A stretch of DNA of 63,857 nt, filler included, from Conidiobolus incongruus B7586 (lineage: Eukaryota), in the NCBI GenBank assembly GCA_000697335.1. It is 5 parts of 5 records of this genome, joined end to end, with 100 filler letters (N's around TTAATTAATTAA, not from the genome) between each part and the next. Parts side by side here need not be neighbours in the genome. Positions count along the whole stretch, not along the records: positions 15,454 to 42,398 come from JNEM01006121.1; 4 more parts are not named here. One strand, given 5' to 3'. Below the pieces are notes generated by a model. The model saw nothing but the letters and a program-made list of their open reading frames with translations. It made no database searches and was not told where the DNA came from. The position numbers were made by a program, and so were the translations under genes. The first letter of the stretch is position 1. The number at the start of each line of letters is the position of its first letter. This document shows, in pieces, positions 25,920-39,500 of the stretch.

Positions 25920-27215
25920 ATGGCAATTTCTAATACTCAATATCAAGAACGTATTTGTATTGTAGGAAGTGGCAACTGGTAATTCTACCATTTAATTAAA
26001 TGATTATTATTGACCTTTGACTATCAGGGGTTCAGCAATTGCCAAAATAGTAGGTAATAACGTATTCAAATACGGTGACCTGTTAGATTCCAAAGTGAAT
26101 ATGTGGGTATTTGAAGAAGAGATCAACGGTAGGAAACTCACTAATATCATTAATGAGAAGCACGAAAATGTCAAGTATGTCATATTGAGTTTACAGAGGA
26201 TGTGCTATTAATGGGGGTGGTTTAGGTATTTGCCAGGTATCAAATTACCTGAGAATGTAGTAGCTGTTCCCAATTTGTTGGAAGCTGCTAAGGATGCTAC
26301 ACTTTTGGTATTTGTTATACCTCACCAGGTAATTTTCATTTATTTTATACTTGATCAGTTATTAATAATGTTATATAGTTTATCAAAAGCGTTTGCAGAG
26401 AACTCCAAGGTCATGTGAATCCCAATGCATGTGCGATTTCCTTGATTAAGGGCGTGCAAGTTGACGCCAACGGGATCAAATTATGCTCTGATTACATTTC
26501 CAAAACTTTGAATATCGAAGTAAACGTTTTAAGTGGTGCTAACATTTCTGAAGAAGTCGCTAGTGAAAAATTCTGTGAAACCACTATTGGTTATCGTAAT
26601 AAGGCTTCAGGAGAACTGTTTGCGAAACTGTTTCACACCAACTACTTCTTGGTGAGTATCGTTCCAGACGTCGAGGGGGTTGAGATCTGCGGTGCTCTGA
26701 AAAATATTGTAGGTATCGCTGCCGGCTTAGTGGATGGTTTGAAACTTGGTAATAATACTAAAGCTGCTGTGATTCGTATTGGCTTAATGGAGATGAAAAA
26801 ATTCGCCAAAATGTTTTTGAAGGGAGTCAAAAATGAAACTTTCTTCGAATCTTGCGGTGTTGCCGACTTGATCACAACATGCTCAGGTGGTAGAAATAGA
26901 AAAGTTGCTGAAGCTAGAGTAGTCACTGGCAAGGTAAGTATTGCTTATTGTGTTTCATAGGCTGATAATTTAATAATCATTGAATAGAGTTTTGAAGAAC
27001 TCGAAAAAGAAATGCTCAATGGTCAAAAGTTACAAGGGACACTCACCAGCAAAGAAGTTCACGAATTCCTCAAATCTCAAAACCTCACCGATGAATTCCC
27101 ACTCTTCACTCGTGTTTATCAAGTCTGCTACAAGGGATTACCACCCCAAGACTTACTACACAATTTGCAAGATGATGTTCTACCAACTTCCAAAGATGAT
27201 CAATCTTCTTTATAG
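25920..27215 (+). CDS. GPD: NAD-dependent glycerol-3-phosphate dehydrogenase, paralog B (5 exons)
   Basis: [58 protein letters not shown]. Introns at ~25979-26027, 26175-26225, 26329-26378 and 26934-26987. Confidence 0.93.
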
Positions 27216-28533
27216 TGTTTTTCAGTATAATTAAATTAAAATTAATGTTTTTAAATAAAATGTAATTTTAATTAAAATCAAAAATGAAGGCATATAAAAC
27301 AATGTACAAAATATGTTTCATATAATTGAGCATTCAAAAAACATAGAAAATATGTAATTGATTACTCGATTCAATGTAATATTAATCTTAATATTCTACT
27401 ATATTTTCGTCGTGATCAATATAAGGAATATTCATTTTAAACTATATCCGATAACTTCAACGATATATGAATATTTGTTAAATGTCAAAGGATTTAAGTT
27501 GAATTCATGTTTAAACATAAAGTTTTTTGTTTTTTAATAATATTATAATATTTTTAAATGATTGAAATTAGTATATATATATATATATAATTGTTGACTC
27601 ATTGATTTTGATTTATTGCAAATTTAGTTAACCCATCATCAATATGACAATAATTAATCGATTGATGAAAATATGTTCAAATTATTAGTTTTGGTATTTT
27701 GCATTTATTTACATTTTGAGTTAAAAATTTTTTACAACCATTGAAAATTTTTTTATTTAAACTAAATAAACTTTGTTGAATAAAATGTACATCTTTAAAA
27801 TCTATTAAGATAATATTATTCAATGATATTATAATTAATTGAATACTCTGATTAAAATATAATCAATGATTAGCTTCAATATACCTAATGCTTTTGTATA
27901 TTTATTTTTTATTCATTCATTTAATTGAAATATATTGAATAAAAATTTACTGAGAGTACAATATATCTAAAAATTAAAGTTATAATCATTTTGAATTGAT
28001 AATATTTTTCTAATGTTTAATATTAGATTAGAAAAGTTAAAGAATAATATAAAAAAGATTATCAATATTTTAAGCAGTACTTGATAATATTTAATTATAG
28101 TAATTTAATATTATAGCTATATTTCAGGTTATTATGTGATCAATATAGTTAAAATCGAAAAAATCTCAATTTTTTGGTAATACTTATCTATTAAATAATG
28201 ATATTAAATTTAAAATTATAAATTGAATATTAAAGAAGTAATTAATAAATGAATATAACTCATTTTTTATAATTTTGAGAAATTACAAAATAGTAAATCA
28301 ATATTATAAAGAATTGAATTAATTATAAGTATTTAAATTATATAAATTTATTTAAGATTGGTATGAAAAATAAAAGATGGATATAATTGAAACATTATAT
28401 TGTAGAAAACTGTTTGCGAAATTATAATTAAGAAATATAATGAATTGAGATATTAAATTTATGTATAATATACATACGAATTGCAAAAAATCGAAAAAAA
28501 AGAAAAATAGGTGGGGAAAGAAGAAATAAAATA

Positions 28534-28607
28534 CGCTCCCAGGTGGGCTTGAACCACCAACCTCCCGATTAACAGTCGGACGCGCTAGCCAATTGCGCCA
28601 TGGAAGC
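28534..28607 (-). tRNA. tRNA-Asn (GTT)
   Basis: Reverse complement GCTTCCATGGCGCAATTGGCTAGCGCGTCCGACTGTTAATCGGGAGGTTGGTGGTTCAAGCCCACCTGGGAGCG. Confidence 0.95.
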
Positions 28608-30279
28608 TTAAATGTGGTATATTATCTCGTTACTTAATTAGTCTAAGAAGAACTGAGCCATTTAATCAATTATTGTACAATATATTTCGGAGTGGAAAAA
28701 TTTTAATATTTTTCTTATTTCTATAAAAACTCGTATTTTTCCTATAATTTTTTATCCCTATTTTACCCAACACCTTCAATGTTTTATAGCCTTGTGCTAT
28801 CGTAATATTGACGTTGACAATAGTGGTGTTGGTAGATTAATTTATTTACTGTGAATTTTGATTTCTCAGTAAATTTAATATATTTTAACCTTTTCATATT
28901 AATATTTAAGGTTTTGAAATTATTTTAATAATAAAGCAATAATATGGCTAGATTTGAATTATCGCTCCTAGACAACATCAAGCATAAAATACCTGCAACT
29001 TTATCTATCAACAACCTGAAAATCCAATTCACCAATATAATTAATATAATATTTCCAAAATTGGCACATTCAAAGATAATACTAATGCCAATTTAAAATT
29101 TCCGAAATCTATTTAAAATTTTACCTAATCCTGGAGTATTTCGGCTAATTCAACCTCCCAGTTTCCCGATTCAACCATTTATCCGAAATTTAGAGAAATT
29201 TTTTCCCTTCAAACGTTTCACTTGATTATTAATCGAATTTAAAAAAATCTTACAATTCTAAATAAAATATCTATAATCAAAATAATTAAAATCAAATTGA
29301 TCCCTTAATATTCTCAAATTAATATTTGGTTCTCATCAATCATCCCTAAAAGAACCTTTTATAAATAGTTCTTTAGATTTTAGTAACAAAATATATTAAT
29401 AAATTTTTTTCAAGTTTATTAGGAAAACAGAAATATCACTATCACACTTAAATTATTTCAAATACCTCTTACAACTATTCTAATAAATATTATAATGACT
29501 ATGTTGTGAATAATCAATTGTCAAGTTTTTGACGAATTAAAAAAAATATTCAAAATAACAAAACAATAGAAAAAAATATATATGAAATTACAGAATTGGC
29601 CCAAATTTTGAATTTATAAAAGAATTTTATATTAAATATAATTTATTAGTAATTAAAAATTATCAGAAATTATATTTAAATATATCATAGATAGCAGTAG
29701 TAGAATCTCTTATTCCATTTAATAAAATACCAATTAATATAGTTAAAAATTTCATATTAATTAGAAATTTCTAAAATACATATAATGAGAATTCGAGTTA
29801 TTTTTGGATACAATAACTATTTATCATTTAAAATACAAGTTCATTAAATAAAAATTCATGTGTAGTAGCGATAGAAATACATTTATTAATATTTTTCTAA
29901 TCAAGTCAATACAAAAATCTTCATTCAAATCATAAAATCAAATTCGGTTCAAATGTTTTTTTAATGCCAATAATAATTTTGTTCAAATCAAAATGCAATT
30001 CAATTTACAAGTGACATATTTTGAAGGTTGAAAATTAGTCCTATCAATCCGAAAAAAACCTTACACCCCTCCAGCAATTCTACCATTATATTCTCCAAAT
30101 AATCTCTAACTAGTCTTCAAGACATTTCGTATTCAAATTAAAATAGAAATGATTATAAACAGAACCCTAATGAATAAAAATATCGAGATATTTAAGAACA
30201 TAAAATTTTATTGGAACTTAGCAGTTCCAAAAATTATGATTTTTTTATCATGTAATTAAGTCCTAGAAGTTGCCGAATT

Positions 30280-30697
30280 ATGACATCATACTACTTTCCA
30301 AATTCTTGGGAGATTTTAAAAATTAGTACTGCTGAATTGGATGATTGGTAGAAATGGAAACTTTGCATTTATTGGTAATTAAATTTTCCAAAATACTCAA
30401 AAATTATTGAATGAATTAGGTACAGAGTAGAAGTAATGAATTATATGCTAAATTAGCTTTTTATTCATTGATTGATCGATAATATTTTATATTGGGAGTT
30501 AGTAATAGAATAAAGAATATGTGCCAATTGATTGAGAGGTATTAGCTCCGTCAAAGAGACAGGACTCAGTGATGGATTTCGCTCCAAATAGGTATCATTT
30601 GAGGGATACTCCAGTGGATACAAAGTGGAAATGTCAACAGAAGCTTAATCAATGCTCCAAAATTTGTGTAGGAGATTGGATGAGCATGGCAGAATAA
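30280..30697 (+). pseudogene. Possible spliced pseudogene of unknown product
   Basis: Removing putative introns 30375-30419 and 30433-30508 gives one frame with in-frame TAG (30349) and TGA (30533). Confidence 0.3.
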
Positions 30698-30780
30698 TAA
30701 ATGTTAATGATAAAAACTTTAAATTAAATACATATTTTGTAAAAATAGCCCAGCAATCAATAAATATTAGCAGAAATAAT

Positions 30781-32355
30781 TTAAGCTTGTACCACTGTAG
30801 TTTGTTGAAGGTTCTTATTCTTGCGTCGGTTGAGTAGCGTGGCATTGTCAGGATTGAGTGAGAATTGAAATTCTCCTCCGTTTTTCTTAGCTTCGCGACA
30901 CATCAAACTTTCTAAAAGATTATGAGCTTCATAATTGAATCCCTGACCCGTACCTTCGGTGGGTGTTTCGACAATAGGAATCATCGAGGGAGCACCTTGT
31001 TGACGACGTTGATGCTTATTTTTAGCGCGCATTTCTCTATGGTGATCATCTCCCATTAAGTGAACTGCATATGATACATCAAAAGCTTCACGTAGTGTAA
31101 CACTTGGTGTGATAACTGAAGAGACAGTAAATTCTTGAGTAGGAGTTTGAACAAGATCGTTTTGTGTAGGAGGGGATGGAGGATTAACAATACGGCACCA
31201 TGGATGACACATGAATTCATCAATTGTGTATCTTCGAACAGGGTCAACGAGCAACAAATGAGCTACGAGATCTTTGGCACCATTAGAGACGGGATCCCAC
31301 CAGGGAGATAAGAAAGTGTAATAACCACGCGCTACTTTTTCGGTGAGAACTTGGATATCTTCATCGTAGAAAGGAGGGAAACCGCAAAGCATAGTATACA
31401 GCACACAGCCCAAAGCCCAAAGGTCAACGCTTAAACTGTATCGCTGATCATTCACAATTTCTGGGGCAGTATATCCAACGGTGCCACAAGGGGTCATGGT
31501 GTTGTCACTCCAAATAGTCTTGCTGAGGCCAAAATCAGCGATTTTAACACGTCCAATACCAGCACCACCAAGGCCTTCGACAATGTAGCCTTCTTTTCCA
31601 CGTCCGGGATAGACTTTGTATCCTTGGTCAATGTAAGGTTGAGGATCTTCAATGATAGGAATAGGTTCAAAGAGGATATTTTCGGGCTTGATATCACGGT
31701 GGACAACACCGCGTTGGCTATGAAGATAGTGAATACCTTCGGCGACTTGATTAATAATATGTCTGGCTAAAGGCTCGGAGAAATATGTATGATCAACAAT
31801 GGCATTGAATAACTCACCACCGGAAACGAGTTCCATGATAATAAAATAATGCATATCCGATTCGTGGAAGTCGTAAAGTTGTGTTATATTGGGGTGGTCG
31901 CAGGAACGAAGAATAGAGATCTCCTTATGGATGCTAGCACGTTGAGATTGGCTGAGTTCATGCTTGCGAACCGCTTTAATAGCAACTTCATGTCCGCGGA
32001 GCTGGTCATAAGCACGATAGACTACGCTAAAAGCACCACTAAAAAGCAAAGTCAGTAATATCCTATATATGGTAATATAAACAACTTACTCTCCCATTCT
32101 TTGTATCAGACGGTATTGAGAAGCGAGAGTGGGAAACATAGGGAGAGGTTCGCCTGTTTTGGCATCGAATTGCTGCTCAGGAGGAGAAGGATAGACCTTA
32201 GTGTTGGAAGCTAAGGTAGGAACTTGAACAGGAGTATGTGAAGATGGCGTTGGTGTTTGGATAGTGACCTTCTTCGTCATCTTATTAGATTTAGAGTCTT
32301 TAGTCAAGTTATTTTTTTGATTGTTTTTGAAAATTGATTTGATTGAACTTAACAT
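30781..32355 (-). CDS. SRK1: MAPK-activated CAMK-family kinase Srk1/Rck2 (2 exons; intron ~32039-32089)
   Basis: GDGAFSVVY after splicing, VVHRDIKPEN, the family-typical GLGGAGIGRVKIADFGLSK insert, TPCGTVGYTAPE, GFPPFYDE, LREAFDVSYAVH, ATLLNRR. Confidence 0.92.
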
Positions 32356-32403
32356 GATTGTATATGGGGAATATGGGTTGCTTTAATAATAAATAATGAA
32401 AGA

Positions 32404-32431
32404 AATAATAATAATAATAATAATAATAATA
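32404..32431. repeat. (AAT)n microsatellite upstream of the kinase start
   Basis: About nine uninterrupted AAT units. Confidence 0.9.
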
Positions 32432-33876
32432 AGTTTAGGGAGAATTCGTGGGTAATTTGATTGATTAGAAATGGAAATTGTAGGCCCGGATAATCAATGA
32501 ATAAATTTGGTTACAATTAATCTCAAATTTTTGAGTTGAGATTCAGGTTTTTGAGTAATTGAATGATATGGCTAGGGGGAAATTTAAATCCAATAAATAA
32601 ACTCCAATTTACGTTTTTTATAATCTTAAACGAATATAGCTCTAGTTAATGCACATGTAAATCGTAAATAAGAATGAACAATATTCAATCTCAAGAAAAT
32701 GGCAGGTAATTATTTGAAATTGAATATGTAAGGAAAAAATTTAAAAGAAATGAAAAGCTGATATATCTGGAGGAAGAGAGAGCTCTTTTATACTTTTGAA
32801 AATGCCCCCAAAATTCAACTATGTAATCTGTTGTAAATAAAAGATGATTTAATTGTCTGCCAGTATGATTCGTCTATTTGGAGGGTGTGTGGAATAATTC
32901 TCTCTTGATTTTTTACCAATTAGAGAACAAATTTCTGTCAAATCTTGGAATTGATAGTCTGTGTCTTTTCCCTTGTTAGGTATTCTTACAATCATTTTTA
33001 TCACATTTGAATATTTTTTAATTAATCAAATTATACTAATAAAAATTTCATATTTAATAACAAAAAACATTAATTAATTCCTATTATTTATTACAAATTA
33101 TGTCATAAACTGTTCCTAATATTACTAATCATACCTTTTTCAATTGTATCTGAAATACTTACTATCTTAATTATGTTATATGCCAATAGTTTTTATCAGT
33201 TTTTAATTATATTGAACATTCACTGCAGTTCAATAATTTTTTTAATTTTTTCAACCACTAAAATCTAATTAAAGCGAGTAAGATAAAGAGGTTCCCTCTA
33301 ATTGGTCAAAAGGTTCCAGTTCAGCATGTTGATAATAGCAAATGAACTAACTGCATTAAAAAACTATTCAAAATTAACCAATTATGACACCATTTAAGTT
33401 GGATGAACTCTAATCAAAGTTTTCGATTCTTAAATTGATTAATTTCAGTGATATTTTTAAGTAAATATCCATAATTCAATCCAATAAAATTCCATTTTCC
33501 AAAACTGAGAGATTCAGAGATTCAGATATACCTTTAAGGTATTTTTAAGTTTTCAATTACTAAATTTGGCAACATTCATCACTCCCTTAAAAATCTAATG
33601 ATCGATTTGAGATCGATAATAAAAATTGATCAACATTTGAAGTAAATATAAACTAGTCTAAATCCTTCCTAATGATAGTAAAAGTCAATTTCTTTATTTA
33701 TTTTTTTATGGTAATAGGGGGAAAATTTTTTAAGAGATGTGCTATTCAAAATCAAAATTGTTTTGCAATCATTAAATATCAATATTTTGATAAATAAAAT
33801 ATATTTATTAATTTCAGAATCTATTTAGTTATTAATAATTTATTTAAATATCTTAAATATATATATATATATATTA

Positions 33877-33884
33877 TGACGTCA
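33877..33884. promoter_or_regulatory. Perfect CRE/ATF site TGACGTCA ~1.5 kb upstream of SRK1
   Basis: Palindromic consensus next to a (TA)n tract in CpG-poor intergenic DNA; function is inferred only. Confidence 0.35.
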
Positions 33885-36477
33885 CATTATTCCTTTTCCC
33901 TAGAACTCAATTGGTTAAAATCTTTCCAAACTATAATTTTTTTTAATTTTAAATAATTTTAGTCATTTCACCTATCATCATTAATTAATCATAATATTCT
34001 GAAATTATTTTTTAAATTGACATGTTTATGACATCATCCAATTGATTTTAGTTGTGGAAATTTCCTATTTCTCAAAAAATTCAAAAAAAATGTTATTAAC
34101 TTCTAATAGAGATGTTAACGAATAGTAAACATAATGGAGTTTTAAACTTCATTAATAGTCAATCAAAATCATCATAACTTGAATGATTTCATTATTTGTT
34201 CTATAAATTTTATCCAAATTTTGTCAGTTATAGTCATAAATTTATAACCTTTTCTATAAAATCATGGATTTCTTTTTGAATTATAGATTGATCTTGGTAT
34301 TGGAGGAGATTGATTTAATTAAACTTCAGATGTCACTAATTGGGATAATTAATTAAGTAATATCCGCAAGTATTTGAAGTTTTAATTATCCATCATATAT
34401 TTCAATATTTTGTTATTATATTATAATCATAATAATAGTCAGATGAAAGTTAAAAATTATTTTTATTCACAACGATCATTTCGAGTTCAAGTCATCATTT
34501 TATCTCATTTTATTCGTCGATTATAAATTTTTTGAGCTTTTTTGTCTTTTTGTTTGGGTTTTAAACGATCGGATCTGGCAAATTTAGCTAATAATATTGA
34601 AAAACCCTTTCACTTCTTATTTTTACCATGATCCTGAGCTTATGATAAAGCATCAAACTGTCTATTTCATTGAACATAAATAGTCATACCATAGCCAAAT
34701 TCAACTCTTTATCATTACTAAGACTTTGGTTCGATACTAAATTAAACTCAAACATTTTGATCTCCAACTGTAAACATTTTGATGAAATATTAAACCTATG
34801 AAATCATACTAACCTGGCACAAATTACAAAATTATTTTCAATTTTAATAATATATACACTTTTAAATTTAATCATCTATAAATATAGTGAGTATATTTAA
34901 ATAATCTAATGTATATATAACATTATCATCTGAAATATAGAGCATTAATTAATTGAAATATAATTATAGATTTAGTATTTTTTTTATTCTTTTTTGTACT
35001 ACTAATAATCTATTTTCAGTTAATTTAATTAGAATTAATCATATTGGATTTCAATTTCACAAATGGGAACTTTCGGTTACTCATCAAGTTTATTTATTAC
35101 TTTCTGCTCCATTGTCATCCAAGTTATCTTGGAATCCTCTCATTATTAGGTTCTTGAATTTTTGCATGAGTCTTCCTTAATATTCTTAATACCTTACAAT
35201 TTATCAAGTCTCCGCCTCCAAGTTTTATACAATTGTAGGTTCCATATCAAAAATGATCTATACTTTCATTATAGTTTGAGCAATTTTTTAATGAAATATT
35301 CAGAATCCACATTAAATCACTCTTGATAGTTTTTATATATTTTAAAGAATTGATAAAAGAAATAATAAACAATTATGAGACTAAAAATTATTTCAAATTC
35401 AAACAAAAGTAATATTATTAATTCAATATTAAATTTTATTAAATTATCCAAAATTTAATGAAATCATATCATCTATGAATTTAAAATTCTCCATAATGAA
35501 ATCATAATTATTCCCAATAAGTTATTAAATTAATCTAATTTTATCAATGTATATTATAAGTACTAAAATTGGTATATTAAATGCTCTATTAAATAATTTT
35601 ATATAATATTGTTTATTGTAATAGAATGCCTATTGTCAACATTACAACTTGTCATATATATTATTTAATATTATGATTTTAATTATCATTATTACAATTT
35701 TTTGTTACCTTATCATATTTATTATTTTATGTTCTTTGTTACACTAATGGTTGATTATTATGGATTAAGTTGTGTGATTAATAGAATTGATTGATGTATG
35801 GAATTTTTAGTACAGATTAGATATCCAAGAGATATTATTAATTGTTAGATAATAAATCACCTTGTGAATATACTAAAAAGTCATTAATTTCATATTATTT
35901 TATAGATCAAAAATATTATAAAAGATAAATCCTTCATATTATTACAATTAATTATCAGATGGTTTTAATTATAATGGATACGATTTGAAATTTTAGATGT
36001 TTATTACTATATTATTTCAAGGTATTAATAGTATTTAATACTATAATATCCGTCAATTATCATGTGATAAACTTATCATTTCAAGGATAAAGGTACTCAT
36101 TATATTATAAAAGGTCCAGAATTTCACAAACTAAAAATTAATTAATTTTCAAACATATTCTATTATTAATTAATTCGAGGGATAATTTTATAACTATATT
36201 TAAACTAAAATTGGATTATAGAGATTAATTAATAGATATAACAAAAAGTTGACAGATTTAATCAAGTTTAATGTAATGATATCAATATAGTAATCATAAA
36301 GAAAGTTATATATAGATAGAAAAAGAAGAAAATAATAAAGATGATTACTTGAATTATGAAAAAATATAAAAATTTGTAATTATTATGAGGGCTTTGATTA
36401 GTAATAATGAAAAAAAAATAATTTGACAAGAAAATTACATTTGAAAAATATTATAATAAATAGAATTCACTAACTCA

Positions 36478-36551
36478 GCTCCCATAGCTCAGTTGGTTAG
36501 AGCGTGGTGCTAATAACGCCAAGGTCACAGGTTCGATCCCTGTTGGGAGCA
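36478..36551 (+). tRNA. tRNA-Ile (AAT)
   Basis: GCTCCCATAGCTCAGTTGGTTAGAGCGTGGTGCTAATAACGCCAAGGTCACAGGTTCGATCCCTGTTGGGAGCA. Confidence 0.97.
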
Positions 36552-39500
36552 TAGTATAATTTCTAAAATGTTTATATTTTTAGTTTCAATCAATTTCTAA
36601 ATATACATTCTCAATGTATCATACATATCATATTACTTTGGCAAATATTTTCCCCTCAATGTTATCTTGATCAACTATGTAACATGAATTATTTAATATT
36701 TTTGCTATATTTATTCTAATATTTATAACATTAATACTTAAAATAATTATAATAGTGAAATTATAGTCAATTCCAATACATATTGATACATTATACTTAA
36801 AAAATATAAAACTGTTGAATTTTAATAAAGCTAATATAAATGCTACCTCAATATTCAACATCTGAACCAACTACACAATTTGAAACCCAATTTAAAACTC
36901 TATTTGATATATAACACTTATTGTGATCCTACCGCCCTTGCTGTCTATATTGTGAATTCCTGTGAGTGACTCATGATTCCAAAGTAGCTATGGGGGAAGC
37001 CATGTTGACAAGAATGTCACATCTACTGAAAGCTGGAGAGGATCTGTAACATTTGACGAATAATTAACAGACAAATTAATATGTGCCATGTTGGGAGGTT
37101 CGGGGTGAATCGACCCATTGCTAACCTCTCGTCCAGTCAACCAACGTTCGAATTGACTTTGCCTTGATAATCCATAACAATCTACCGTTGATTTTGAAGA
37201 TAGTAATACTGGTATCGTAAGTTTGTACCAGTTGCGAAAGTTCTTTCGCTTCTTTCAAACTTATTGAGTTGTTGACCCATTGAAGATTTTGGATAGCTCG
37301 CCACTCAACTAAGATTCAGCAGCTGATATGAAATCATTCTCTTTGAACCTGAATTTAAAAATTCATTTCATTTGAAGTTTCATTCGTATTTGGATTAGAT
37401 TGAAATTTAAGGGTGTATTATGTTCGCCAAATATGTAGTTGACTATAATTAGGTATTAACTTAAAAGATCAATAAGACTAAATAAAATAAAATAAAATAT
37501 TATCTTTCAATACCACAATCACCAAGTCGTCAAACTCCAAATCGATTATTGTTTTAAACTTGAATCCTTGAAATTTTAAACCTTGATAATTTTGTAAAAT
37601 CATATGAAAATATCAATAATTAATATTCATTAGTTTCAACTTGGTGAATGCTTACTGGTAAATTCACTATCAATTAAGGAGCTTTTAATTGATTTTTTAG
37701 GTTGATACTATATTAATCATAATAAAAGGGTTTTAGTATTAATTTATACGGGATGCCAATGAATTGTTGTAGAGAGTCAATTTTTTATGTTTATTAACCT
37801 CTAATACACCAACTTTGGTTAAATTATCAAATTTTATTAATTTTGGAATAAGTTGCTAAATTCTGAAAATCTCTAATATTATCACTCAGTATCTTTGAAA
37901 AATTATTTTCCTTTAAAATATTCTCAATTAGTTGATTATTCTAAATTTTTTGAATTAAAGTAATAATTATATAATTTAGTAAATGCTACCTTATTTCCAA
38001 TTAAAATTTTTTAATAATATGGATTAATGAGGTAATCCTATTTAAACTTTAAATACTTCATTTAAACTATATTAAAACATATTGTCGTTTTGATATCTGT
38101 ATTAAGTGTATTAATCTAAAACTCATTAATATACTATCATGATACTTTTTATATTGAAGGTTTATTTGTCTAATTATGGTTCAAATCCCATTGATTTTTT
38201 TGATTTATATTTATAAAATGGATTTCAGGTAATTGGATTGTAATCAATGCAAAGCGAGTAGTCGCAAAATAATTTGATTGAAAAAACTTAATGAAATTTG
38301 AACTATATTAATTGGATTTTGATCACTGTAATAGCTAAACAAAGCATGTGTCACGAGTCAACGTGACATTACCTAAAATAGGATATAATAGGAACATTTA
38401 AAGTTCCACTTCCCTTGAAATAATCACTACAAGACAAAAGGACAAAGAAGACAAAGAAGACAAAGAAGGCCAAAAGAAGTATAAGAGAACACATCAGAAT
38501 AGCTAGATGAGCTATTCTGGTCATTCCTTTAACAGATCTAATAATTAATAAATAAGTTCCTCAGAGTTATAATATTTTATTCACATTAATTAGCTATCAT
38601 TATGGTACTGTTACGTTCTATTTTATCTCCTGTAACATTCAAAGAAGTTCCCCTCGCAGAGTCACCTCAGACATCAGTATTCAAATTAACATTTGTCCTG
38701 CTATGTGTAATGGTTAGCTGGGGAGGAACTTGGTTAACTACAGGAAGTAATCGCTGGATAATGCGTTTGTGTCTACTAATGAGTTGGGGAATCCTTATAC
38801 ATCAATGTGATGACTTCGTGGTGAATTCTTCAGCTCCTCATTGGCGGATCTTAGAGGTAGTTGACAGCATGTTAAATTTAAAGTTAATAGAAATAAACTT
38901 GGAATTATAATATGCTAATCAATACTCTAATATGGTTTGGAAAGTACACAATATAAATTTTATTTTTTTCTTTGCCTATTGATCTATCAATTATCATAGA
39001 ATACAATTCAATTCAAGAGTTTATTATTGATTCAATAATAAATTGAATCCAAATATTGGTACTAATAGACATATAATTAGTATTATTAAGAATAAAATGC
39101 AACAAATTGTAGAATAAATAAAGTAAGAAATGCTAATTCCTTTTACTAAAGTACTATTTTTTAAAATTTTCAATTCTTATGTGAATTTCAAAGTGATAAC
39201 AATTATTTGAATGAAATTCTATATAATGATATGCTAAAAATATTTGATGTTGAATATCTATTCATTTTTTTAAATATAATATAACTAAATATTAAAAATT
39301 ATATTTTTATTAATGGCTATTATATAGATTTTATCATATTGATTTATTTATAGATCAAATGGCTGATTGCGTTTTTAGTGGCATGCTAATTGTTTACTGA
39401 ATATAAAGAAATGTTACAATATGACTATATATAGTCATATGCATATAATTACAATATTCGCTTAATAAATAATGCCAAAATATAAATCAGTCAATAATTC

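Noticed and set aside
30533..30535. In-frame TGA as selenocysteine
   Set aside because: No redox motif context, an additional in-frame TAG, and no SECIS or tRNA-Sec seen.
39139..39151. CCTTTTACTAAAG resembling U5 snRNA loop 1
   Set aside because: Lacks the invariant GCC start and any flanking stem.
39421..39438. Perfect palindrome ATGACTATATATAGTCAT
   Set aside because: The core is a self-complementary TA run, so it carries little information.
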